From positions 1,601 through 65,600 of the forward strand of contig JAGWJT010000001.1 in NCBI GenBank assembly GCA_028865615.1: DNA of 64,000 bases, written 5' to 3'. This document shows, piece after piece, positions 28,242-37,762 of this stretch. Origin of the DNA: Patescibacteria group bacterium. Lineage in GTDB: Bacteria > Patescibacteriota > Minisyncoccia > Phycocordibacterales > PALSA-1337. Below the pieces are notes generated by a model. The model saw only the letters and a program-made list of their open reading frames with translations. It ran no database searches and was not told the origin of the DNA. The translations under genes were made by a program, and so were the position numbers. Each line of letters starts with the position of its first letter. The stretch's first letter is position 1.

Positions 28242-29786
28242 ATGAATATCCTGGGCATAGAGACATCGTGCGACGAGACGGCTTTGGCGCTCATCGAGAC
28301 GCGCAAGGACGGAAAATCGGGCATGGGGTTGCGCGTACTGGCTTCGCTGGTGCATTCGCAGGCGGAATTGCATAGCGCCTACGGCGGCGTCTACCCTACT
28401 CTGGCAAAGCGCGAGCATGGCAAAAATATAGTGCCGTTGCTTGGCAAGTTGTTGGAGGAACATGGGAACATTGTCCTGAAGAAACTTTCGGAGCCGTCGC
28501 GGGAGCCAAGTCCGCCTGGTACTGGCGACGGCGAGAACGTAACCCGTCCCGAGCCGGCCCATGTTCCGTGGCAGGCCGGCGAGGGACCGGGTGGTTCTGA
28601 AGGGCAATGTTCCCATGTTCCGACAACATTCAAGGATATCTTAGAGCGATTCAAGGACGAAATCGGTCCGCAAAATCCGGAACTGTTCGCATCGTTCTCG
28701 CACGCCGATTTCCTGCAAGGACCGGCACCGGCCATAGACGCCATAGCAGTGACGGAAGGTCCAGGCTTGGAACCGGCCTTGTGGGTCGGCATCAATTTTG
28801 CCAGGATGCTGGCGGCTTTGTGGCAAGTGCCGATCATCCCCGTCGATCACATGGAGGGACATATAGTCGGCTCGCTTCTGCCTTCGGACGCCGTAGCTCC
28901 GGCCGACGGCAACGGCGGTTGGCAGAGATTGCACGATGCGCCCATGCCGGCCATAGCTCTCCTCATAAGCGGCGGCCATACACAGTTGGTGAAAGTGTGC
29001 CGTCATGGGGCAGGCACAGCAGTCTCCTCACGTCCTGCGGAGCTCACTCGCGGAATCGCCGTCGCCTCGTCGCCTCTGCACCTTCGTGCAGAATTGGCTT
29101 CCTCGGCTCCTGGCGATTCTCGCTCGCTCGAGCAGGACCCTCGGACGTTCGGAAACTCTGTGCCTGCCCCATTTTCCTACACCATCCTCGGCGAGACCAA
29201 GGACGATGCCGTGGGAGAAGCTTTCGACAAGACCGCCAGACTTCTCGGCTTGCCGTATCCCGGCGGTCCTCACCTGTCGGAGCTAGCTCGCAAGGCTCGG
29301 GAAGAGAAGATTCCTGCACTAGTCAAACTGCCTAGACCGATGATCAACTCCGGCGATCTGGATCTTTCATTCTCCGGCTTGAAGACCGCGGTGCTCTACG
29401 TCGTGCGTGACGCCGACAAGAACCCTGACGGCTCACTGCCTGACGCGTTCAGGAAAAGCCTGGCCCAAGAATTCGAGACGGCCGTAGCCGACGTATTGGA
29501 CTTCAAATTGCGCGCGGCGATAGACAAGATCGGCGCCAAGTCCATCATATTGGGCGGCGGCGTATCGGCCAACTCTGTCCTGCGTGCCCGATTTGAGGCC
29601 GCCGCTGTAGAATACGGCATACCTGTATTCATGCCGTCAAGGCATATATCCGGAGACAATGCCCTCATGATAGCCGTGGCCGCGGCCATTCATGCCCATG
29701 AATATACCGGAACGCCCCCCACCGCAAGACGGTGGAGGGCGGACGGGACCAAGCGTCTAGGTGACGCTAGGGCTCATGATCAATGA
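28242..29786 (+). CDS. tsaD: tRNA N6-adenosine threonylcarbamoyltransferase TsaD (Kae1/YgjD family) carrying two large in-frame low-complexity insertions
   Basis: MNILGIETSCDET, PVDHMEGH, GGHTQL, GEAFDKTARLLGL and the C-terminal GGVSAN are all conserved; 514 aa vs ~340 typical; insertions at ~28480-28740 and 29005-29172. Confidence 0.85.
   Translation: MNILGIETSCDETALALIETRKDGKSGMGLRVLASLVHSQAELHSAYGGVYPTLAKREHGKNIVPLLGKLLEEHGNIVLKKLSEPSREPSPPGTGDGENVTRPEPAHVPWQAGEGPGGSEGQCSHVPTTFKDILERFKDEIGPQNPELFASFSHADFLQGPAPAIDAIAVTEGPGLEPALWVGINFARMLAALWQVPIIPVDHMEGHIVGSLLPSDAVAPADGNGGWQRLHDAPMPAIALLISGGHTQLVKVCRHGAGTAVSSRPAELTRGIAVASSPLHLRAELASSAPGDSRSLEQDPRTFGNSVPAPFSYTILGETKDDAVGEAFDKTARLLGLPYPGGPHLSELARKAREEKIPALVKLPRPMINSGDLDLSFSGLKTAVLYVVRDADKNPDGSLPDAFRKSLAQEFETAVADVLDFKLRAAIDKIGAKSIILGGGVSANSVLRARFEAAAVEYGIPVFMPSRHISGDNALMIAVAAAIHAHEYTGTPPTARRWRADGTKRLGDARAHDQ
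29005..29172. repeat. 168-bp in-frame insertion in tsaD bounded by 15-bp perfect inverted repeats (atggggcaggcacag / ctgtgcctgccccat); MITE-like
   Basis: Read directly; corresponds exactly to the 56 aa (CRHGAG...VPAP) absent from canonical TsaD between GGHTQL and the GEAFDK region. Confidence 0.5.
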
Positions 29787-30823
29787 TGGAACAAACCGAC
29801 TATGAAACTCCAGAAGCGTTGGATCAATGACCCAGCTTTTGCGACGGCTGCGGCCGCCACGTTCTGATTGTTGTCATTACCATTGGTTCCGACGGTAGGA
29901 CCTATCAGAGCGCTTGAAGTCGACAGGGCCGGGACATTCTGGCCGTTATTCACGCCGATAGCTCCGGTAGATGTACCGGCTGCCAAAGCGGCCTTATAAG
30001 CGTCGATGACGGAGAGCTCCTTGGCATCCAGAGTCAAAGGCTCGGCGCACGCGATCTCGTTGATCTTCTTGATCGTGGTTATATATGCTACGCCGGAAGC
30101 TTTCGTGGCGCCCCACGGGCCCATGATGTCAGAGAGATATTTCTTCTGGAAAGCCTCGACGGCCTGCTCGGTAGCCTGGTCGAATGTGCCGCTGACAGTC
30201 ACACTCAAGTGTTGGCTGTCCTTGAGGAAAGCCTGGAGCTTGGCGACTTGCGTCCTATCATTGGCCAGGCCCATCTTGAGCAATCCGACAGTGAGAAGCG
30301 GGCAGGAAGTGGTAGCGGTGGAAGTCGAGACATTGGTCGCCAGAGGTACGGCGCTGAAACCGCCGCCGATGTACGAGCCGCTGGAAGAAGTCGAACCCCC
30401 TCCGCCTCCGCCGGTAGGAGTCACCGGAGTGACGGGGGCCGGAGAAGAACCTCCGCTGCTGTTGCTACCCATTTGCGTCGGAACTCCGGTCGTGCCGCCG
30501 GCATTATTAGCGCCGCTCTGCGACGAAACACCGGATGTGCCGCTGAAATCATTGCTACCAGATTGTGTCGGCGTACCTGACGTTCCGCCTGAATTGTTAC
30601 TTGTGGAATCGGACGGGGTAACAGAAGTCGTATCGGCATTTGAGCCGCTGGAAACTGGCGTAGAAACCGAAGTATTGGAACCTGCGGTCGTAGGAACCGC
30701 CGCCGGAGCGCTTGAATTGTCGGTAACTGTCTGGGCCACGGCCGATGGGACAGATTCCGTAAAACTCACAAACCCTATTAATGCGAAAGCGACTATAGTC
30801 GCGTAAATTGTGTATTTTTTCAT
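29780..30823 (-). CDS. secreted Ser/Thr/Gly-rich protein with a putative peptidoglycan-binding (PG_binding_1-like) domain
   Basis: 347 aa; signal peptide; LKMGLANDRTQVAKLQAFLKD...VTVSGTFDQATEQAVEAFQKKYL resembles PG-binding helical repeats. Confidence 0.55.
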   Translation of the reverse strand: MKKYTIYATIVAFALIGFVSFTESVPSAVAQTVTDNSSAPAAVPTTAGSNTSVSTPVSSGSNADTTSVTPSDSTSNNSGGTSGTPTQSGSNDFSGTSGVSSQSGANNAGGTTGVPTQMGSNSSGGSSPAPVTPVTPTGGGGGGSTSSSGSYIGGGFSAVPLATNVSTSTATTSCPLLTVGLLKMGLANDRTQVAKLQAFLKDSQHLSVTVSGTFDQATEQAVEAFQKKYLSDIMGPWGATKASGVAYITTIKKINEIACAEPLTLDAKELSVIDAYKAALAAGTSTGAIGVNNGQNVPALSTSSALIGPTVGTNGNDNNQNVAAAAVAKAGSLIQRFWSFIVGLFHH

Positions 30824-30931
30824 AACGTTCTGACCCTATCATAAACGTATAATAATGTCAATACCTTTTAATAAAATCACCCCGCTCGCGAAAGCAGGGT
30901 GTTTTGATGCAGTCGGCGGCCGTTTGACCGC

Positions 30932-31948
30932 CTATTTTGTGCCGTTTGCCCCGACGGTTTGAGGCGGGACAACAACAGGTTCGGTCGAGTGGGCCACGTG
31001 AGTCATTGGCGTACTCGCCTCACTGGCCTTGTAGAAGGCGTATGGGTAAACCGGCGAGTCCTGGTAAACTCCCTCGTTCATGTTCGTGCCAATCCATGTC
31101 CACACAGGTTTGACCGTGAGATTGAGCGAGCGCTCAAGGTTGTAATACAAACCCAGGTGACGCTGCCCCTCGATGTTCACATTGGCAACGCTGCCGGCCA
31201 AGTCAACACTCGGCGGATCAACATAGACCACCGAACTCATCCGGTTAGTCATTCCGCCGTTCGGCATAATGATGGCAAAGAAGTTCGTCATCTCCATTAC
31301 ACCCTTGAAGTAATTCAAGTCGTTGGCCAGCGCCGACGAGTCAGTGCAATAGTAGCCGATGCGAATAATGCCAAATACCCGTGTGACCGGAGTGGTTATG
31401 GGTTCGCTGTTGTGATAATCCGCAATAAGCTTGCCCCCGCTCCAGACCTGACCGCGCAGCGTGGTGCCGAATGTCAACTGGCTGTTGTCAGCCGTATTCG
31501 TGGCAAGATTACCACCATAGCCAAGCGTATTGGCGTGATCGGTTGACCAACTGGCAAACCGGACAGAATTGACCTGGAACGGCGCCGAATCGCTGATGTC
31601 GAACGCCCAACCTATCTGGCTGCCGTTCTCACCGGCAAAAGTGCCCGTCGGATTGTTCGTGCCATCCCATGATGAGAACGTAGCTGGTCCGAAACAGATC
31701 TGGCACCCGCGCAGGACGTGAGGCGAATTCAAAGCGGCCGGGTTCGTGGCCACATCGGTGTTGATGAAGCCGACTGACCACCCCTTGTCCATGAATTCCA
31801 TGATGTTCTGCACAGCCACCGTGTAATTTGTGCTAATCTGTGCCGGCACGATGAAGAACTTGGTGCTAACCTGCGGTGCCGATTGAGCGACACTGTAGAT
31901 TGCCGAGATCATCATGACCATCATAGTAGTCAACTTGTGAATTTTCAT
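30932..31948 (-). CDS. hypothetical secreted protein
   Basis: 338 aa with N-terminal signal peptide; no recognisable domain. Confidence 0.55.
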   Translation of the reverse strand: MKIHKLTTMMVMMISAIYSVAQSAPQVSTKFFIVPAQISTNYTVAVQNIMEFMDKGWSVGFINTDVATNPAALNSPHVLRGCQICFGPATFSSWDGTNNPTGTFAGENGSQIGWAFDISDSAPFQVNSVRFASWSTDHANTLGYGGNLATNTADNSQLTFGTTLRGQVWSGGKLIADYHNSEPITTPVTRVFGIIRIGYYCTDSSALANDLNYFKGVMEMTNFFAIIMPNGGMTNRMSSVVYVDPPSVDLAGSVANVNIEGQRHLGLYYNLERSLNLTVKPVWTWIGTNMNEGVYQDSPVYPYAFYKASEASTPMTHVAHSTEPVVVPPQTVGANGTK

Positions 31949-32139
31949 TCTTTTTCTCCTCTCCTCGGATTTTCAATGTTCAGATAGGGTTGGCGCCAAA
32001 CAGTGGCGTCAAACTTGCCATTTTCCTTGGTTTTCCTTGGTTTCTACCCTCCTTTCCTTACATAGTCCGAGTTCTGTGTCCTTTCTAACAGAAAACTGCT
32101 ATTTAGTCAATACCCCCTAATCACTCCCGATTGCACACT

Positions 32140-32409
32140 CTAATTCCACCTCACCACCAGCTTGAGCACGGAAAAAGCGACCGTTATAACGGCAGTGATG
32201 ATGATCCCCGAAAAACCGACTACTCCCAATCCCCTGTCCATATCGAAAAGCGAATCATACAGGAAGCCGGCGGCTATCAATTCCGCGTAATAAGGGAACA
32301 TCCACAGGCACAGCAGGCCTAGCGGCACGAATACGAACCACCAGCCGAATATTATGGATACCGCCAGGACGATATCCAGTATGACACGGATAACCACGTC
32401 TTCTTTCAT
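32140..32409 (-). CDS. small 3-TM membrane protein; positional candidate for MreD
   Basis: 89 aa, hydrophobic; directly downstream of mreB-mreC on the same strand. Confidence 0.35.
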   Translation of the reverse strand: MKEDVVIRVILDIVLAVSIIFGWWFVFVPLGLLCLWMFPYYAELIAAGFLYDSLFDMDRGLGVVGFSGIIITAVITVAFSVLKLVVRWN

Positions 32410-32415
32410 GTTATT

Positions 32416-33231
32416 TTACGGCTTATTGATATCTTGTCCTATGCCAAGCAGGACCCATCGAATGTCATATATGTCGACCGGCGGAGCGAACACCACCGAG
32501 TCAAAAGGATCTGACGGGTCCGTATTCACTGATATTACAACACCAAATGCTTTGTCATGCAAGGTAGAATCGCTGACAATATCCCCGGGGGCTACGGTCG
32601 AATCATGTGGCACTTGGGCGGTATACTGACCCCCTCCTATGCCCTTGGCGGTCGCGGGGATGCCGCCGGGCCCTATAAGGACTTGATAGCTTTGTCCCGG
32701 CGACGACAGCAGGTCGACGAACGAACTCTCCCCGAACGACTCCGAGACTCGGCCTATGAGGATAGGACCCGGAGCATATACGGGAGTGCCGCTGGCCGCT
32801 CCTTCGTCCGTGCCTAGATCGACGATCAATCTGCCGGAACCGGCAAACGGCGGTCTGGCCAGAACGGCCGCCGCTTTGTACGCGCTTTTGGTGGTAGTGG
32901 CTCTGCCCAATAGAGCCAGGAGATCGGCATTCTGTTGTTCCAATATGGCCAGGCTCGAACTGGACGTCACGGTTTTCAAGCTTGCAATCTGCTGTTTCAG
33001 GTCTTCATTCTCCGCCAACAAGGCTTGCGGATCCTCTAGCGCGCCGTTCTCCAGAGCGAATCTCGTCCGCCAAAATGGGGCGGCCACGGATGAAGCAATA
33101 GATGGAAAAAGCCTTGGAATGCGCCATTCTATAGCGCCGGCCAACACGATGACGACCGCCAAAGCGACAGAGGCCAGCCTCTTTGCCCTGCTAGCTGGGG
33201 CATTATGACGACGAAGGTAGGTCATCTTCAC
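32416..33231 (-). CDS. mreC: rod shape-determining protein MreC
   Basis: 271 aa; N-terminal TM, coiled coil, beta-rich C-terminal domain (GDIVSDSTLHDKAFGVVISV) typical of MreC; follows mreB. Confidence 0.8.
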   Translation of the reverse strand: MKMTYLRRHNAPASRAKRLASVALAVVIVLAGAIEWRIPRLFPSIASSVAAPFWRTRFALENGALEDPQALLAENEDLKQQIASLKTVTSSSSLAILEQQNADLLALLGRATTTKSAYKAAAVLARPPFAGSGRLIVDLGTDEGAASGTPVYAPGPILIGRVSESFGESSFVDLLSSPGQSYQVLIGPGGIPATAKGIGGGQYTAQVPHDSTVAPGDIVSDSTLHDKAFGVVISVNTDPSDPFDSVVFAPPVDIYDIRWVLLGIGQDINKP

Positions 33232-34330
33232 TCTCTATGAGAACGGGCTTGAACCTATCTATGTCCTCGAGTATGACGCCCGCTCCCCTGGCGATAGCGG
33301 TCAAAGGATCATCCGCTATATATACGGGAAGCCTCAAGGTATCCGAGAGCAGGGCGTCCAGGCCTTTGATCAAAGCCCCTCCTCCGACCAGATAGGCGCC
33401 GCGCTTCATGACGTCGGACAATATCTCCGGCGGCGTCGTTTCCAGCACTTCTTTGGAAGCTTCGACCAGAGCTTCTATGGATTGGCTCATGGCTTCTCTG
33501 ATATCGCTATCGGTGATGACGACCTCGCGCGGCAGGCCGGTGATGAGATCTCGACCGCGTATGGTGGTTTCCATCGGCTCATCGGGTATGACGGATCCGA
33601 CGGCTATCTTGACCGCTTCGGCCGTAGTCTCGCCTATGAGTATCTTGAACTCGTTGCGTATATAGGAGATGATGTCGTTGTTCAGCTTGTCTCCGGCGAT
33701 CTTGAGATTCTTGGACCGCACTATGCCGCCGAGGGATATGACGGCTATATCGGTAGTGCCGCCGCCTATGTCTATGACCATGGACCCGACCGGATCATGC
33801 ACAGGAAGTCTGATGCCTATGGCACCGGCCATGGGTTGTTCTACTATATATACTTCGCGGGCGCCGGCATTCCTGGTGGCGTCTCGCACGGCTCTGACCT
33901 CTACGTTGGTGACACCGGAGGGCACACCGACCACTACGCGAGGGCCCAGGAAACGCTTCGGCAAGAATGCGGAAGCGCGGTTCATGAGGTATGAGAGCAT
34001 CTCTTCCGTCACCTCGAAATCTGATATTACGCCGTCCACCAGCGGCCTGACCGCCTTGATGTGAGCAGGCGTACGGCCGAGCATGTCTTTGGCCATGGCG
34101 CCGACCGCAACCACTTGGCCGGTCTTCTCGTTCACCGCTACAACTGACGGCTCGTTGACCACGATGCCCTTGCCGCGGACGTACACGAGAGTGTTGGCGG
34201 TGCCGAGGTCTATGCCGATGTCGTTGGACGCACCGGAGAACAATCTGTCCTTCCAGCCCTTGAAGCTGCTCCTGGCTCCGCTCAATCTGAAACTGTTCAT
34301 AACGCCGGATTTGCCGTTGTTTTTAGCCAT
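33203..34330 (-). CDS. mreB: rod shape-determining protein MreB (actin homologue)
   Basis: DIGIDLGTANTLVYVRGKGIVVNEPSVVAV, DIGGGTTDIAVISLGGIV and other actin/MreB motifs. Confidence 0.9.
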   Translation of the reverse strand: MAKNNGKSGVMNSFRLSGARSSFKGWKDRLFSGASNDIGIDLGTANTLVYVRGKGIVVNEPSVVAVNEKTGQVVAVGAMAKDMLGRTPAHIKAVRPLVDGVISDFEVTEEMLSYLMNRASAFLPKRFLGPRVVVGVPSGVTNVEVRAVRDATRNAGAREVYIVEQPMAGAIGIRLPVHDPVGSMVIDIGGGTTDIAVISLGGIVRSKNLKIAGDKLNNDIISYIRNEFKILIGETTAEAVKIAVGSVIPDEPMETTIRGRDLITGLPREVVITDSDIREAMSQSIEALVEASKEVLETTPPEILSDVMKRGAYLVGGGALIKGLDALLSDTLRLPVYIADDPLTAIARGAGVILEDIDRFKPVLIESEDDLPSSS

Positions 34331-34435
34331 GCCTGTACATTACCACAACGCAAGAATATGGGTAATTGACAAGTCTTGTAAAATTTTTCCCAATTAAGAT
34401 CCCGCAAGGCTGCCGCCGACTCTCCGGACCAATCC

Positions 34436-35692
34436 TTAAAAGGAACCAACGGGCACCATATCCACCTTCCCCGTTACGCGATCTTTGACTTCGACTGACC
34501 CGCCGCCGAGAGAACCGGCATCGCTCGACTTCAGAGTTTTCTCCGACACCACATAACGCTTTGGTATGCCTATAAGATCCGCATCGCCGAATTTTTCGCC
34601 GGCCGAACATTGACGGTCATCGTAGAGGACTTCGACGCCTTTGCTCGTCAGCTTCTCATATAGCTCATCGGCAACTTTCTTGACTTTGCCTTCTTCGTCG
34701 AACAGAGCTACTAGATGCACGGCAAAAGGCGCGACTGACTCCGGCCAGACGATGCCTTTGTCGTCAGCCGTGAGCTCCACTATAGTGCCCATGACTCGTC
34801 CCGGGCCGATGCCGTATGAGCCCATGAATACCGGCCTCGACTTTCCCGCTTCATCCTTGAAATTCAAACCCAGCGCCTCAGAAAACCTAGTACCGAGAGT
34901 GAAGATATTGCCGACTTCGGCGGCTTTAGCTTCTTTGAGATCTGTGCGCTTAAGCTTGAGATCTTCCAACACCTCATCATTTAAGACCTCTTTGTTTATG
35001 GCACGACCGTCCTCCGCTATATATATGACATCCTCGCCGGCATCGCAGACCGTCTGGAATTCATGCGAGAATTTGGAAAAAGAGCCGCCGGAGGCATTCG
35101 TCACATATGTCTGGTCTCCTATGCCGAGCCGGCCGAAGATCTTCACATATGCCTGCTTGGCCTTTTCGTAAAACTCCGCGTGGGCTTTCTCGTCCACGTT
35201 GAATGAGTACAGATCCTTCATCAAGAACTCTCTGGTGCGCATGATGCCGGACTTTGCTCGTGTCTCGTTGCGGAATTTCGTCTGGAATTGGTACACGGAA
35301 AGCGGCAGGTCGCGATAGGAGCTGATCTGCCCGCGCATAAGGTCTGTCAATGGCTCTTCGTGGGTAAAGCCGAGACCGAGCTCGTCGCCGCTTTTCATCT
35401 TGGTCTTGAACCATACGTCTACTTCTTTGTCTGACCAGCGCTTGGTTGCATCCCACTTGCTCTTGGACTGCAAAGCAGCCAGATGGACTTCCTGGCCGCC
35501 TATGGCGTCCATCTCCTCGCGGATGACGCCGACGATCTTGTTCAAAGTGCGCAAACCGAGCGGCAGATACGAGTACACGCCCGCCATCTCTTTGTGGATG
35601 TAACCGGCCCGGATGAGGAGCTGGGCATTCTTGGACACTTCGTCCTTGGGCGCCTCGCGGCGGGTCTTGGTGAACAGTTTGGACTGCTTCAT
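34436..35692 (-). CDS. proS: prolyl-tRNA synthetase (short class II form)
   Basis: 418 aa; class II motifs and ProRS-like N-terminus (MKQSKLFTKTRREAP...YSYLPLGLRTLNKI). Confidence 0.9.
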   Translation of the reverse strand: MKQSKLFTKTRREAPKDEVSKNAQLLIRAGYIHKEMAGVYSYLPLGLRTLNKIVGVIREEMDAIGGQEVHLAALQSKSKWDATKRWSDKEVDVWFKTKMKSGDELGLGFTHEEPLTDLMRGQISSYRDLPLSVYQFQTKFRNETRAKSGIMRTREFLMKDLYSFNVDEKAHAEFYEKAKQAYVKIFGRLGIGDQTYVTNASGGSFSKFSHEFQTVCDAGEDVIYIAEDGRAINKEVLNDEVLEDLKLKRTDLKEAKAAEVGNIFTLGTRFSEALGLNFKDEAGKSRPVFMGSYGIGPGRVMGTIVELTADDKGIVWPESVAPFAVHLVALFDEEGKVKKVADELYEKLTSKGVEVLYDDRQCSAGEKFGDADLIGIPKRYVVSEKTLKSSDAGSLGGGSVEVKDRVTGKVDMVPVGSF

Positions 35693-35887
35693 TGGTTTAT
35701 GTCATGAATCATAACCTGAAAGCCGATGTTTGTCAGTAGCCTTGTATTTGCAAAACATTAAAATCATGCATACAATATACAGCAATATGATCGAAATCTA
35801 TATCTTAAGTGCCTTGCTTCTTATCGGGTTCGTCCTTCTGGGCATCTGGATGAGCATAGAGATCAAGAATGGCAAGAATAAGTGATG

Positions 35888-37003
35888 TTAGTTGATCAGT
35901 TTCACTATATCCTTCCACGTCACCGCCACCATGAGGATCATCAGGAGGGCAAAACCGATCAAGTTGACTGCATTGGTGAAGCGGGGCGATATGCGCCTAC
36001 GGATGACGCCTTCTATGGCCACAAATAGGATGCGGCCACCGTCTAGAGCCGGAAACGGTATCAAGTTGACCACGCCGAGATTGATAGAAATGATGGCCAT
36101 GACCATGATGAGATATTTCATGCCCATATGAGCGGCGTTACCCACGATACCGGCTATGCCGACTGGCCCTGCTACTTGCGAAAAGTCGGGATGACCCACG
36201 AATATATTGGCAATGAATGTGTACAAGCCTACAACCGTCTCTTTTATAAGCACGCCGGTATATCGCAATCCTTCCCATACGGATGTGGTGAAAGGCAGAC
36301 GCATATCTACCACATTGTCCATGGATATGCCTATGGCGTATTTGCCATGGATGATGCTAGTGGTCGCTTCAACGGTTGCCGCAAAAGCATTCCCTTCGCG
36401 AGAATAACCGATAGTCACAGGCTTGCCTGCTGAGGCATTTATCTCGTCTTGTATGGAAGATACGGTGCTCCTAGACAAAAGAATGTCGCCTTCCTTGAGT
36501 CCGGCCTTTTCCGCCGGCGAACCAGGCTCCACATATGTGATCATTATCCGGGGATTGGAAAAGTGCGATGCGTACTGCTCGAAGCCGTCAGTCGAAGCCG
36601 TCACGCCGGCCGTAAATACTCCGACATACAGGAACCACGCGAATATGAAATTGAACAGCACCCCGGCGGCAAGGACGATGGCTTGTTTCCAGCGAGCCTT
36701 GAGGACGAAGCTGCGCGAGGCTTCCGGACCGGCCACATCGAGCGACTGCTCATCCGGATTCTCGCCGAAGATCTTGACATAACCGCCGAAAGGCAGCCAG
36801 TTGACGCCGTATTCCGTTTCACCGGCTTTCAACTCACCTGTAGCCGGATCTTTCTTCTTGGATCGCCATGCAAAAACCTTCGGTCCGAAGCCCAGCTTGA
36901 AAGCGTCCACCCTTATGCCGAACAGCTTGGCCGCCAGGAAATGCCCCAGCTCATGCACGAAGATGAGGACCGCGAGGACTATAATGAAGATGATAACCGT
37001 CAT
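35888..37003 (-). CDS. rseP: RIP metalloprotease RseP (site-2 protease) with PDZ domain
   Basis: 371 aa; HELGH zinc motif in TM1, PDZ region, C-terminal LDGG motif. Confidence 0.85.
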   Translation of the reverse strand: MTVIIFIIVLAVLIFVHELGHFLAAKLFGIRVDAFKLGFGPKVFAWRSKKKDPATGELKAGETEYGVNWLPFGGYVKIFGENPDEQSLDVAGPEASRSFVLKARWKQAIVLAAGVLFNFIFAWFLYVGVFTAGVTASTDGFEQYASHFSNPRIMITYVEPGSPAEKAGLKEGDILLSRSTVSSIQDEINASAGKPVTIGYSREGNAFAATVEATTSIIHGKYAIGISMDNVVDMRLPFTTSVWEGLRYTGVLIKETVVGLYTFIANIFVGHPDFSQVAGPVGIAGIVGNAAHMGMKYLIMVMAIISINLGVVNLIPFPALDGGRILFVAIEGVIRRRISPRFTNAVNLIGFALLMILMVAVTWKDIVKLIN

Positions 37004-37007
37004 GAAA

Positions 37008-37080
37008 ATTTCTAATTAACCTAATTGATCTAATTTCTAAACTTTAGGTTAATTAGATCAATTAGAAATTAGGTCAATTA
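37008..37080. repeat. dense array of TAATT-containing 9-bp units in both orientations (taattaacc, taattgatc, taatttc, taattgacc), forming a compound palindrome
   Basis: Read directly; occupies the whole rseP-promoter / frr-terminator intergenic gap. Confidence 0.4.
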
Positions 37081-37631
37081 CCCATAATTTCCTTTTCCTT
37101 TTTATCATAAAGCGCGTCAAGCTTCTTGTTGGCATCATCGACGATCTTCTGCATCTCGTTCTTCAATCGGAAAATATCATCCTTGCCGAAACCGCCGGAC
37201 TTCTCCTTGGCCTGAATATCCCTCATGACATCTTCTCTATGGCCGCGCACATGCTTCTTGGCATCCTCGAGCTTGTCTTTGGCGACCTTGGCGAAATCCT
37301 TGCGCTTGTCTGAAGTCAGTTCCGGGAAATTCACTCTCACACCATCGGAATCAGTCACCACGGACAGTCCAAGGTTCGATATGGTTATGGCTTTCTCTAT
37401 CTCCTTGACCTGAGCCTTGTCCCAAGGAGCGATGCGCAACGATCTGGCGCCTTCTATGACGATGCTGGCGACCTCTTTCAAGGCCATGGGCGCACCATAG
37501 ACATCTACTTTGACGCTATCCAGGACCGCCGGCGAAGCCATGCCCGTCCTTATGCCGGAGAGCTCTTTCCTGAGCCACTCTTCGGCCGCGGCCATGTTCT
37601 TCTTGAAATTATTGAAATCGTAGTTTGCCAT
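37074..37631 (-). CDS. frr: ribosome recycling factor
   Basis: 185 aa; typical Frr sequence (LDSVKVDVYGAPMALKEVASI...). Confidence 0.9.
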   Translation of the reverse strand: MANYDFNNFKKNMAAAEEWLRKELSGIRTGMASPAVLDSVKVDVYGAPMALKEVASIVIEGARSLRIAPWDKAQVKEIEKAITISNLGLSVVTDSDGVRVNFPELTSDKRKDFAKVAKDKLEDAKKHVRGHREDVMRDIQAKEKSGGFGKDDIFRLKNEMQKIVDDANKKLDALYDKKEKEIMGN

Positions 37632-37649
37632 TCGTCTACGCTCGGCGGT

Positions 37650-37745
37650 AATTTCATTTCACCTCAAATCCGAATGTCAGAGCGATTCGTACGGATGATT
37701 ACCGAACTTGTTCGGTTTGAGTTGAAATGAAATTACCGCTTCGCT
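37650..37745. promoter_or_regulatory. 23-bp inverted repeat (cggtaatttcatttcacctcaaa / tttgagttgaaatgaaattaccg) with a ~50-nt structured loop, upstream of frr
   Basis: One mismatch in 23; the loop contains the sub-hairpin ccgaac-ttgt-tcgg. Confidence 0.35.
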
Positions 37746-37762
37746 ATGGCAATGATAGCATA

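Noticed and set aside
28480-29172. tsaD and dnaE insertions interpreted as inteins
   Set aside because: They lack intein hallmarks: an N-terminal Cys/Ser/Thr junction, block B TxxH, a C-terminal HN plus Cys/Ser/Thr. They are low-complexity and Pro/Ser-rich and far too short (54-56 aa).
28607-29335. Arg-rich 242-aa ORF and several antisense ORFs inside tsaD
   Set aside because: They are embedded in a gene with unambiguous TsaD homology. The composition is artefactual.
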